A DNA stretch of 64,000 nt from Antedon mediterranea (Eukaryota; Animalia; Echinodermata), in assembly GCF_964355755.1 (NCBI RefSeq), contig NC_092671.1, forward strand, positions 19,840,001 to 19,904,000. The letters run 5' to 3'. This document shows, in pieces, positions 25,120 through 38,309 of the stretch (position 1 is its first letter; each line of letters starts with the position of its first letter). The notes beneath the pieces were generated by a model, which saw only the letters and a list, made by a program, of their open reading frames with translations, was not told the DNA's origin and did no database searches. A program made the position numbers and the translations under genes.

Positions 25120-26165
25120 CTGCAGACAAGTTGAACTGAAAAAAAACCCGCTACTTATGAGCTTTTCTTGAAATGTATTCATTATTCACCCGATTCTGCT
25201 ACTGTCCACAGGTGCTATCTGTAAAACTATAGCAAGTTATACACGTTGCTGTCTGCTATAAATGCTGTACTTTTAACACACGGTACACTGTCTGTAGCAC
25301 AGTGTCTGTTGACATTTTACAATGATGTACAACCATAGGCAGGTTTTCGTACTGCCATGCAAGAATGGATAGGTGTTTTCCGCCGCTTTTAGGCCTTCTA
25401 GTCAATTATTGTTATTATTATACGAATTACGTAATTAGTCTAGTAGCTCATCTACCTTTTTAGCAGGGCATAATGAATATTGTAGCTAGGCTAGGCCTAC
25501 TATTCTAGCGGAAAATCAACCAATTATTTGGTTGGATACGAGTTTAGGGTAGGAAGTTAAGTACGAGTTGGCATGGGTACGAGTCGACCAGGGGTGAATC
25601 GACCAGAGTACACCCGGCCGCCCTACTAGAGCATAGGCTACAGGCCTGCAGGAATAGGAAATCTGTCCTAGCTATAGGCATAGGCCTACATTGGGACGCC
25701 CAAAAAAGCCATCCTATGAGCATAAAAAGGCCTCGTATAGCCAGACATGTTAACATATACTACACAGTACTAGTACGTCTACAATTTATTATAGTTCCAT
25801 GGTACTACGGATCACTACTATCTAGGTCTAGTCTAGTAGGCTAGGGTAGGGTTCCAGTAATTTCGGTCGCGTTTTTTCAGGAGGGCATGTGAGAGGTGAG
25901 GTAGGTTAGCCCAGCTAGGCTAAACTAACATGTAAGTAGTATTCTACCATGGGATGGGAACGAGTCGGCATGGGGGTACGGGTTGATCTTTATCCGTATT
26001 CTAGGGTGCTGGTCAACCCGTAACGTACCCATGTCAACTCGTACCAAACTTGGCTAACTCGTACCCAAATAATTGGTCAACTCGTACCAATAGCTTTATA
26101 GCTTTATTGATAGCTGGGTTCAAATCTAGGTTGGGACGGTTTTTTCTCATTCTAAAACAGATTTC

Positions 26166-28929
26166 GAATTAAAAGACGTTTACTATATAATTTCAATATA
26201 AAATTTAATGACAAAAAGAGAGATCGACGTTTTGGTACCATCATAGAACCATTTTCAAGATCAAGTGAATACAAAACAATAATAATTATGTGCACTAAGC
26301 ACCAAAGTTGGTGACAGGAAATGCTAATTTGGGGCTAATTAAGTAATTAGCTCCTCCTACTGAGTTAGATAAACAATTTAGCTTTGATGGAATCCGATTG
26401 TTTATTGAGTGTAGGTTTTATCTCTTTGATCCACAACATCTCCTTAATTAGGCAATCAAACTTATTGTTGCATTTAGATAAGACTCTAAAGTATTCTGAG
26501 ATATCACCAGTTATGCCATGTTGTTTTAGGTGATCGCCTATAATACTTTTGTTATGTTCATTAATGCGTTTGTAAAGGTGTCGGCAAGTGTAACCGACAT
26601 AGTTTGTATCACACAAACCACATTGAAATTTGTACACAACGCATTGTGAATTAATGATTCTAGGTTTCATTTCTTTAGGTTTTAAGGTGTCACCTATCTT
26701 ACGACTAGTAAATACTGGTAAAATATCATTTTCAATCTTCGCACTAAGTTGTTTAAGTTGTTTAGTAACCGTGTTACAACAAGTTTGATCCTTGTACGGT
26801 AGTACAATCCTAATAGGCTGGGGAGATTCATCAGTTAGCATATCTTCATTAGTATTACTAGGAGTCACACAAGTATTAATGGATTGGTTGAAAGCCTTAA
26901 CAATATTACTAATAAGATCTAAAGGATAATTCAACTTTTGAAAAATCTTAGTTACATTATCAACCTCTGATAGGAAAATGTCATGCGTAGATGACAATTT
27001 GTAGGCCCTATTAAGCATTGTGTGAATTAGATTACGTTTATGTTTGATATCCACATGGCTATCATAATGTAATAATAAGCCTTTATTAGTGGATTTCTTT
27101 ACTTTGGTTTCAAGAGATACATCGTTTTTTGAGATAGTCATACCTAACAAATTTATTGAGTTATCTCTAGCAATTTCCATTGTAAAATCAACGGCATCGT
27201 GTGAATTGTTCAAAGTGTTCAAAAAATTCTGTGCTGAAACCTGGCTTGGCATGAATACGATTGTGTCATCAACGTAGCGACGATAGAACTGCGGCATTTT
27301 CCCTGTTGCTTGTAAGGTATCTTCAATGTATACACATGAAAACATTTGCCATCAGTGGTCCAAGCGGTGAACCCATGGCTACGCCATCAACCTGCTCGTA
27401 TAGATCACCATCATATTGGAAAAGTTGATTTTTGGTCGCAATTGTAAGTAGGTCCTTAAGACCTTGTTTATCGATAGATAAACCGTGTTCAATGTTAAAC
27501 CAGTCATCTTTAAAGGCCTTATGAACAAGAATGTTAATGGTCTCATCAAGTGGAACATTGGTGAATAGAGAAACTACGTCGTAAGAGACCAGAACATCAT
27601 CTGAACCAATTTCAGTAGAACGTAACTCTTTAGCAAAATCAAAAATGTCTGGTATAGAGTATTCGTTGCTGGCTAATGGTTTTAGCTTCTCATCTAACCA
27701 TTGTGCTAATTTAAAATTGTAAGTGCCAGTGGCTGAGAGTATTGGCCTAATAGATAGATTTTCTGATGGCAAATGTTTTCATGTGTTACATTGAAGATAC
27801 CTTACAAGCAACAGGGAAAATGCCGCAGTTCTATCGTCGCTACGTTGATGACACAATCGTATTCATGCCAAGCCAGGTTTCAGCACAGAATTTTTTGAAC
27901 ACTTTGAACAATTCACACGATGCCGTTGATTTTACAATGGAAATTGCTAGAGATAACTCAATAAATTTTTTAGGTATGACTATCTCAAAAAACGATGTAT
28001 CTCTTGAAACCAAAGTATATAAGAAATCCACTAATAAAGGCTTATTATTACATTATGATAACCATGTGGATATCAAACATAAACGTAATCTAATTCACAC
28101 AATGCTTAATAGTGCCTACAAATTGTCATCTACGCATGACATTTTCCTATCAGAGGTTGATAATGTAACTAAGATTTTTCAAAAGTTGAATTATCCTTTA
28201 GATCTTATTAGTAATATTGTTAAGGCTTTCAACCAATCCATTAATACTTGTGTGACTCCTAGTAATACTAATGAAGATATGCTAACTGATGAATCTCCCC
28301 AGCCTATTAGGATTGTACTACCGTACAAGGATCAAACTTGTTGTAACACGGTTACTAAACAACTTAAACAACTTAGTGCGAAGATTGAAAATGATATTTT
28401 ACCAGTATTTACTAGTCGTAAGATAGGTGACACCTTAAAACCTAAAGAAATGAAACCCAGAATCATTAATTCACAATGCGTTGTGTACACATTTCAATGT
28501 GGTTTGTGTGATACAAACTATGTCGGTTACACTTGCCGACACCTTTACAAACGCATTAATGAACATAACAAAAGTATTATAGGCGATCACCTAAAACAAC
28601 ATGGCATAACTGGTGATATCTCAGAATACTTTAGAGTCTTATCTAAATGCAACAATAAGTTTGATTGCCTATTAAGGAGATGTTGTGGATCAAAGAGATA
28701 AAACCTACACTCAATAAACAATCGGATTCCATCAAAGCTAAATTGTTTATCTAACTCAGTAGGAGGAGCTAATTACTTAATTAGCCCCAAATTAGCATTT
28801 CCTGTCACCAACTTTGGTGCTTAGTGCACATAATTATTATTGTTTTGTATTCACTTGATCTTGAAAATGGTTCTATGATGGTACCGAAACGTCGATCTCT
28901 CTTTTTGTCAATAAATTTTATATTGAAAA
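26166..28929. mobile_element. Penelope-like retroelement, Poseidon type, as inverted 5'-truncated pair
   Basis: Minus copy ~26166-27766 and plus copy ~27763-28929; GVAMGSPLGP, RYVDD, VVYKFQCGLCDTNYVGYT GIY-YIG; 13-bp TSD TAAAACAGATTTC (26153-26165, 28930-28942); empty site in the opposite arm near 38130. Confidence 0.92.
28857..28897 (+). ncRNA. Minimal hammerhead ribozyme, U3-A8 core variant
   Basis: GAUC-UUGAAAA-U-GGU..ACC-GAAA-CG-UC-GAUC; inverted twin at 26222-26262 has GAAA->AAAA. Confidence 0.65.
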
Positions 28930-29884
28930 TAAAACAGATTTCCTTATAATAATAAAAAAATAATATCGACCTATGAATTTAACTGTAATATTGTATTGTA
29001 TACATAATATTAGTAGTAATAGTAATTCCCATTGCATTTATTATTATAAAATATTTTACGGTTACCCCTTAATTATACTATACTAGTATAACTTCCTTGT
29101 TATATTTTACAATAATTATTGTCTTCATAATTCAACAATTTTTTTTCACAACTAATTATCAAACTGAATCATCACACACCAAATCTCATGAAATCTCTAG
29201 TGTATTTCTCCAAGCTAATCCAGCTACATGGTCTTGAGGCTAAACTACACTGTACACTGGGCACTACCATCATTCCTGGCCTGTCAACCTGGACCACATT
29301 ATGGTCCAACACAGTCGTGTACTACTGATTCCAAATAGTGAATTACATCCTGTGGTCAAGGATTTATTTGCACTTATGCATATTTCCTCCAACATATAGA
29401 GTACGTAGGGCTTTTAATTTGCTTTTATACCTGTTAATTAAAAAATCTTTTATGCCTATTGTTGCATAAAGATCAAATTTAGACTGTAAATACTGGGATG
29501 ATCACCCTAAATTTTCTTTTTCATTTAACAATTTTATATTTCACAGCCAGAAAAAAGCATACAGGTTTTTTTTTATTCATAACTGTTGAATTGCATCCCA
29601 ATACATGGTACCTATTGGTATTATATCTATAATAATAAAGTACTCTCTTATACATAGATGTATCTCTCCAAACTACTCCAACTACCTAATCTAATAATAG
29701 TACTATTAGCATACTACTGTACACTTTGTAGACAAGAAATAAGTTGTATCCACCTAGAGGACTTATGTTAGTACTGTACAGTCGATCGTCCTCTCACTGG
29801 TCTGGTCAACATAATCTACGCCTAGATTATTACAGTAATTAAAGTACATTATTACAGAGATTTTTTTTTTCAGAAATCAAAGTT

Positions 29885-30145
29885 ATTATTATTATTTTTA
29901 TTATTATTTCATACTCATCCAACAGCGAGTAACCCGCCAATTACCGGATGGATAAACTATTTAAAATTTCACAAGACAAACATATACACAAGATGCTCTA
30001 CATAAACAAAGACTTATTATTAAGTCTTTGGGAGTGGAGTTGTAAATTGTCATGAGAAAAAAACCCTAACATATGACAGGACTTGAACCCAGGACCCTTA
30101 GATTGGTAGCCAAGCATCATAACCACCAAGCCACAACTCCACTCC
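29885..30145 (-). mobile_element. tRNA-derived SINE in left arm of the palindrome
   Basis: A box TGGCTTGGTGG, B box GGTTCAAGTCC, (TAA)n tail; absent from right arm at ~37200. Confidence 0.8.
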
Positions 30146-30548
30146 TTATGTGTATAGAAAGCAGTAGGCCGACTCGTATTAAAAACTAAGCAGGTTGTAC
30201 TCTTGAACACAAACTGGCAGGAAAATGTTGAATATTTTTTGTTGTTGAAATTATGGAATCCTAACTTCAATTTCCACGAACTGGAGACGAAGACATATTA
30301 CGACCTTTTTATTTAAATTTATTTGGATAGACCTCCATGTAAATTCATTAAAGGCTATATGATTGTTTTATTTTAATATGTGATAGTAGAAAGTCATTGT
30401 GTATAATGAGGACTATGAATCTGATATTTACTTGCATTCTCATCTTTTTAAAATTTTATTTATAATGCTGGTAGGCCTAATGAATTTACTATTGAAAAAG
30501 TCATGTGTCCACTTATCTCAAATTGTGGCACACCTCTAACCTTGGTAA

Positions 30549-31998
30549 TCTATATATAAATTTACGTAAGGGCAAAATTCGGTAAATCGCGCTTTATTTC
30601 TAGAATTTTTACTCGATGGAATATAAAGTTGGTTCGTACTTTCGGTACTGATTTTAACCATCTGATGTAACCATGTTTATTAATTAAATTGAGTTAGATA
30701 ATTAGTTATTGACGATTAAAACGAATTTAGGTTCAATCAACGATTTGCCCCAAATAGGGGTGTTTTCCGATCGTGGTATACACTGACTAATGGATGTCCA
30801 ACTTGAAAAATACCCGCAGACAATAATGCGAGGATGCTTCGCATTTTCCTATCTCCTCCTACGATAATTGTTTTTAATAGCTGAAAACCGGTTGAACAGC
30901 TCGAGTACAGCATCATAATGTTGAAGACAGGCCGATTTTCTTTTAAAAATACTATTTTGATAGATTTAATATACGTTTATACAAATGTTTTGATCTGCGA
31001 TAAATGGAACATTCCAATCTCTGTTCCACAAGTGTCTATTCCCTCAGGCGTCGTAAAGACAAGTAGAGTCATAACAGAAATTCGATCTATTTTTTTCCAA
31101 TCTGTGGAATCTTTTTTTTTTAACGCATAATGAGCTAGCCTTTCCAGTCGCCGTCTATTATGTACAATCAACTTTATTATTGCAGTTAAACCACCATCCA
31201 CACCACCACCCTCCCCCTCACTGGCATGAGTAGCGTTGTAAAGTCAGTAGAGGACAGGCCTACAGTACGAAGGATCACATGCCCTAAACATAGAACAACT
31301 TTGGTGGTTAGGAAACAACTTAAGTATAAATTTGCTCTAAGAAACAATTGACCATTAGGCCTACTAATTAAGTTGAGTTAGATAATTATTTATTGGCGAT
31401 TAAAGTGAATTTACGATTTGCCCGACGCCCCGAATAGAGGTGTTTACTTTATTACTGACAGTTCCTTCTGAACGTTTGTATTAATTAATAATGTAACTAC
31501 TGTACAAAAAAATATAAACGTCGTATTAGTGATGTATCGTTAAATGTACTGTACTATTTTAATCGACTATGACGGTGACAGTTTCAACAAAGTATTAAAT
31601 CACAATGTTTTACTGTGTTTAGTGGTATATTATTGTAAAACATGAAAACAATTAATATTTCGTTACTTATCGATAAAGAATATATTAAACAATTGTTCGT
31701 CTTTGCACCCATCCTCTTCCCCATCCCTCAACCCTAATGTTACATACAAAACACAAATTCAGTTTGTTTCTTATTTTATGACAAGTTTCTTTTTCGGAAG
31801 TAATTCCCATGGTGCTAATTTTAGTTGAGTACATAAATCACCGTGTCTATTTATTCGTTCCTGTAAACGACATGTATTATTGTCCTGCATGTACATTTGA
31901 AGTCGCCAGTTTTTTTAACGCTGAGATTACTATGTATTCGAGAACCATCTGTGGGCACGACCTAGATGGTACGCGAGCGAAGCGAGCGTACCATCTAG
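30549..31998 (+). mobile_element. Non-autonomous Helitron
   Basis: a|TCTATATATAAA 5' end, GC hairpin then CTAG|t 3' end, no TSD; second copy at 54270. Confidence 0.8.
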
Positions 31999-34900
31999 TA
32001 ATAATAATAATAATAAGATTTTTATAGCGCACATACCACTCCAGAGTGCTCAAGAGCTGACTGTGTTCTATATGAGTACATTTAATTTGCCATATAGTAG
32101 TGTTTCCACCATACTTCAACCTGGTAATTGAATACATTTCATCGGGGTAAAATTATCACCTTTAACATAAAGTATCCTCCTGAAACATGTATTTGTACTG
32201 TACTGCATCTACTATTCATTTAATTACTTAATACTAATTTGGGTGATTTATTTCTAACTTCAGGAATGATCTGAGGCTAGAAGAACGAATTTCTGCACAT
32301 ATAATTTATATAAAAAATAAACCAATGTTTTCCTAAAAATTTAACCCCTAGGTTGATAACTAACAAAGAAATTATTGAAATTGTGTTCTCACAATATATG
32401 TGTACTGTATCTACATATGCATACTGCTGTACTTGTTTTTAACCGCATAATGGCATAAAAAAAAAGAATGTTTTATAATTATTATGTTATTTCCTAATAT
32501 TAAAGGTCTGAAACAGAAACTAAATGTTACCAAACTATGTTTTTGAAAATCTCTATGATATAATATAACAATATGAACATAATATTAAATTATATTGACT
32601 ATTTTTGATAATCATCATGTCCTTATAAATTCATTTATATTTCTTTTGTGTAATATAGTTCATATATTATGTATTAAATAAATTGGTAAGGCCCTATACT
32701 GTTTATATTTAAGGAAAGTTTATATACACTATTATTTTATGCCTACCAATATTAGTATTAATTGTTTATGTAACTATTTTGTCTAATTGCATTGCTTTTT
32801 TGTATAGGCCAATGGCATTAATGTTTTCTCAAATCAAATTAGCCTAATAATGCCATATTTAGAAACATAATTCATTGATTTCTGATATTCTGTACTTGTG
32901 TATGCATTACTAAAATAGTAGTTATTTTATTTCATTTATAATGTATGTATAAACTTTTCTTCAGTTTTTTTTTACATTTTTAAGTTTAAAAATCATTAAA
33001 ATACCTATCAACCTTTCTGTTATTGTTACTATTATATTTTTTGAGGCAGATTGATTTCAATAAAAACAATTTTAAACAATTAATTTGACTTATACTGTAC
33101 TATGTTAGTTCAGGAGATGAAGTGTGTGTTGGTAGAATCTGGTGTGTTGGAGGTTGGTGATGTGAGGTGTATTTTTGTCACTTTAAGACCTAAATTAGAT
33201 GTTTTCTGAAGAAAAGAAGTAAGTGGATAGGCTTTCAAACAACTCCAAGAAGATTCACACAAAAATAATTACTTCCCAATAAAACAGTATGTAACCGTGT
33301 ATATTACACTACATTGAATAAACTCGAGCGGAAAAATAACACACATAAAAAATCATTCATTTCCTTGTCGAAAAGCGCCCTCTCTAGTTTTCTATTAATT
33401 TATTAATAATTATTATTAATTAATGAGTAATATAAACTTATTTTTAACATTTAATGCTGGAAGCTGATTCTACTCCTAACAAGGTGTCATACCTCCAAAT
33501 TTCGTCAACGTATTCAAAGCACTTCAATAAATATCACATTGAACATTAAAAATTAGGGTTATGGATAGAATTTTGCTTAAAAACATATACAAAAAACATC
33601 GATAAAAAATACTTTTCGAATTTAAAAACATTTGAAACTTCTTTTATATGTTCAATATAGGTTGCTCTATTCACAGAAACAAAATTTCATTCATGAACGT
33701 TTTTTGTTGGTTGTTTTTTTCAAAATCGTTATTAGGTTTAAAAAATGCATTGGAATTGTATGGTCTTTCATAAATGTACATTTTGTAAAAACGTAAATTG
33801 AAAAAATCAGTAATATGGCTCGATAGTTATTTTTTTTTGCAATATGGATGAAGCAACCTATATTGAACATTTATACCAAGTATCAAATGTTTTTGAATAC
33901 AAAAACTATTTTTTATCAATGTTTTTTGTATATGTTTTAAGCAAAATTCTATCCATAACCCTAATTTTTAATGTTCAATGTGATATCTGTTGAAGTGCTT
34001 TGAATACGTTGATGAAATTTGGAGGTATGAAACTTTGTTTGGAGTAGAATCAGCTTCCAGCATCAAATGTTAAAAATATGTTTATATTACTCATTAATTA
34101 ATAATAATTATTAATAAATTAATAGAAAACTAGAGAGGCGCTTTTCGACAAGGAAATGAATGTTTTTTTATGTGTGTTATTTTTCCGCTCGAATTCATTC
34201 AATGTACTTTAATATACACTATTACATACTATTTTATTGGGAAGCCTATTCGCTTCTTTTCTTCAGAAAACATCTAATTTAGGTCTTAAAGTCACAAAAA
34301 TACACCTCACATCACCAACCTCAAACACACCAGATTCTACCAACACACACTTCATCTCCTGAACTAACATAGTACAGTATAAGTCAAATTAAATGTTATA
34401 AATTTTTTTATTGAAATCAATCTTCTGCAAAAAATATTATAATAGTAACAATAACAGAAAGGTTGGTAGGTATTTTAATATTTTTTTAAACTTAAAAAGG
34501 TAAAAAAAAAATGAATAAATGTTTATACATACATTATAAATGAAATAAAATAACTACTATTTTAGTAATGCATACACAAGTACAGAATATCAGAAATCAA
34601 TGAATTATGTGTCTAAACATGGCATTATTAGGCTAATTTGCTTTGAGAAAAACATTAATGCCATTGGCCTATACAAAAAATCAATGCAATTAGACAAAAT
34701 AGTTACATAAACAATTAATACTAATATTGGTAGGCATAAAATAATAGTGTATATAAACTTTCCTTAAATATAAACAGTATAGGGCCTTACCAATTTATTT
34801 AATACATAATATATGAACTATATTACACAAAAGAAATATAAATAAATTTATAAGAACATGATTATCAATATAATTTAATATTATGTTCATATTATTATAT

Positions 34901-35232
34901 TATATCATAGAGATTTTCAAAAACATAGTTTGGTAACATTTAGTTTCTGTTTCAGACCTTTAATATTTGGAAATAACCTATAATAATTATAAAACATTCT
35001 TGTTTTCAATGCCATTATGCGGTTAAAAACAAGTACAGCAGCATGCATATGTAGATACAGTACACCTGTATATTGTGAGAACATAATTTCAATAATTTCT
35101 TTGTTAGTTATCAACCTAGGGGTTAAATTATTAGGAAAACATTAGTTTATTTTTTATATGTGTACCGAAATTCGTCCTTCTAGCCTCAGATCATTCCTGA
35201 AGTTAGACATAAATCACATAAATTAGTATTAA

Positions 35233-36366
35233 AATGGACCTGAAATGGAATTTCGATTTTCAAGAAATTCACACATGTTATTTAAATGTATCAAATTAAC
35301 ACAAACTCATACAAATAAAAACCAAATGTATAGTATTTTGAGTAAAAACGAAATTTTAAGATACCATGGTAAATTAGCGAAAATTACTCACGCCATTGCA
35401 ATATTCTATTTCAACGGCCGTCGGAAGCCTCTATATTCACGACGTCACATATACACACGATGATATCGAGAGCGTGTATGCCGCCCGATAGTCAGTGAAT
35501 GATCGACGGCCTGGAAAGATACGCGAAGCGTTGACACTAATACTAATTTATTCAATATCTAATGTTGTTGAAATATAGGTCCCTAAAATGTACTTCGTTT
35601 GTTCTAAAACCCGAATTTAGAAGGCCTACCTCCCAATCCTTTACTAGGCCTAGCTAGGCCCCCAATCCAGTGCGCGGAGGCGATCCACCACCCACATCAT
35701 GCGGCGAGGCTCCGTTTCATGTGCATCCAACAAGGACCAAAGCGATATCAACAACTTGCTGCGCTCATTGTCAAGCCAAAGTAAAATATGAATAAAATTC
35801 GTGTTCGAACTGCCTGATTCGTGACAAATAAATTATCATTTCATATTACTAATTTAATTCTGCTAAACTAAAAACTAAAGAAACTAACACATTTTAGCAG
35901 TATAAATTACGAACGATACAAAATACACGAACGGAAAATATGGATACGCATCATTGCGCACGGAGCTGTATCCCGGACAACGTTGCCAGGCCAACTTCGG
36001 TATTGCCAGAAAAAAACCGTTGATTTTAAGATTTTAAATCGTCATTTACTCGATGAATAACCGTTTATACGGTAATAATTTTATCTAACAAAATTCTAAA
36101 TACGTTTCTGCAAATGCACAAGCATTTTTTAGAAAACACTCCATAGATTTCAAGAGTTATAGCCAAAAAACTGCAAATTGTCCATTGGAGGGATAGGAAT
36201 ATATTCGCAAAGTGACGTCACCCGCGATTTTTTTTTATTTTCAAATGGGGCTTTCCCCAAAAGGGCCAATTTATATTTTGTAACAATATACATTCTAGTA
36301 ACACCTAATAGCCCCCAAAACATCATTCTAAAATGAAAAAAATCGAAAATCCATTTCAGGTTCATT
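35233..36366. mobile_element. Kolobok-like non-autonomous element
   Basis: TTAA on both sides; AATGGACCTGAAATGGAATTTCGATTTT / AAAATCGAAAATCCATTTCAGGTTCATT TIRs with purine-purine start. Confidence 0.65.
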
Positions 36367-36370
36367 TTAA

Positions 36371-36670
36371 CAACAACAGCAACATCGGCAAGGGTTCGAG
36401 GCCGACTCGCTCCTAGTTCTGGTGGTGGAACAAGTCTTCTCGGATAAGGACTATAAACCGTAGGTCCAGTGTACACAGTCATAACCTGTGTGTACTTTAA
36501 AGAAACCCAGTTCATTATTCGAAAAAGAGTAGGGGGTTACCCCGGTGAACTGGTTCACACAATAGCCCCTGTATCAGGGGGATTACCACCTATCTGATAG
36601 GACAGTGATTAATTCACTATTGGTAATCCTTGGCCACATTGCCTAAAGACATAAAAAAAAAAAAAAAAAA
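36371..36670 (+). mobile_element. 5'-truncated Deu/Nin-domain-like SINE with poly(A) tail
   Basis: CGGATAAGGACTATAAACCGTAGGTCC...TTAAAGAAACCCAG...TTCGAAAAAGAGTAGGGGG...CCCCGGTG resembles the Deu/Nin core; poly(A) tail. Confidence 0.6.
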
Positions 36671-38309
36671 TAAGTAATGGATATTAGATGAAGTACAGTA
36701 CAAATACATGTTTCAGGAGGATACTTTATGTTAAAGGTGATAATTAGTTTAAATGTTACCCCAATGAAATTTATTCAATTACTAGGTTGAAGTAGTCTGG
36801 TGGAAACACTACTACATGTAGAACACAGTCAGTTCTACCAAGGTTAGAGGTGGGTGCCAACATTTGAGATAAGTGGAAACATGACCTTTTCAATAGTAAA
36901 TTCATTACCAGCATTATAAATAAAATGTTAAAAAGATGAGAATGCAAATAAATATTAGATTCATAGTCCTCATTATGCACAATGGTTTTCTACTATCACA
37001 TTATTAAAATATAAAACAATCATATAGCCTTTAATGAATTTACATGGAGGTCTATCCAAATAAATTTAAATAAAAGGGTCGTAATATGTCTTTGTCTCCA
37101 GTTCGTGGAAAATGAACAAAAAATATTCAAAATATCCTGCCAGTTTGCGTTCAGTACAACCTGCTTAGTTTTTAATACGAGTACTGTTTTCTATACACAT
37201 AACTTTGATTTCTGCAAAAAAAAAATCTCTGTAATAATGTACTTTTTAATTACTGTAATAAGCTAGGCATAGATTATGTTGACCTGGCCAGTGAGAGGAC
37301 GATCGACTGTACAGTACTACCATAAGTCCTCTAGGTGGATACAACTTATTTCTTGTCTACAAAGTGTACAGTAGTATGCTAATAGTACTATTATTAGATT
37401 AGGTAGTTGGAGTAGTTTGGAGAGATACATCTATTTATAAGAGAGTACTTTATATTTATAGATATAATACCAATAGGTACCATGTATTGGGATGCAATTC
37501 AACAGTTATGAATAAAAAAACTCTGTATGCTTTTTTCTGGCTGTGAAATATAAAATTGTTAAATGGAAAAGAAAATTTAGGGTGATCATCCCAGTATTTA
37601 CATTCTAAATTTCAACAATAGGCATAAACGATTTTTTAATTAACAGGTATAAAAGCAAATTAAAAGCCCTACGTACTCTGTATGTTGGAGGAAATAAGCA
37701 TAAGTGCAAATAAATCCTTGACCACAGGATGTAATTCACTATTTGGAATCAGTAGTACACGACTGTGTTGGACCATAATGTGGTCCAGGTTGACGGGCCA
37801 GGAATGATGGTAGTGCCCAGTATACAGTGTAGTTTAGCCTCAAGGCAATACCATGTAGCTGGATTAGCTTGGAGAAATACACTAGAGATTTCATGAGATT
37901 TGGTGTGTGATGATTCAGTTTGATAATTAGCTGTGAAAAAAAAATTGTTGAATTATGAAGAAAATATTGTAAAATATAACAAGGAAGTTATACTAGTATA
38001 GTATAATTAAGGGGTAACCGTAAAATATATTATAATAATAAATGCAATGGGAATTACTATTACTACTAATATTATGTATACAATACAATACAGTTAAATT
38101 CATAGGTCGATATTATTTTATTATTAAGGAAATCTGTTTTAGAATGAGAAAAAACCGTCCCAACCTAGATTTGAACCCAGCTATCAATAAAGCTATAAAG
38201 CTATTGGTACGAGTTGGCCAATTATTTGGGTACGAGTTAGCCAAGTTTGGTACGAGTTGACATGGGTACGTTACGGGTTGACCAGCACCCTAGAATACGG
38301 ATAAAGATC

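Noticed and set aside
30075-30145. tRNA gene
   Set aside because: Head of a SINE: no proper acceptor stem, continues into SINE body and tail
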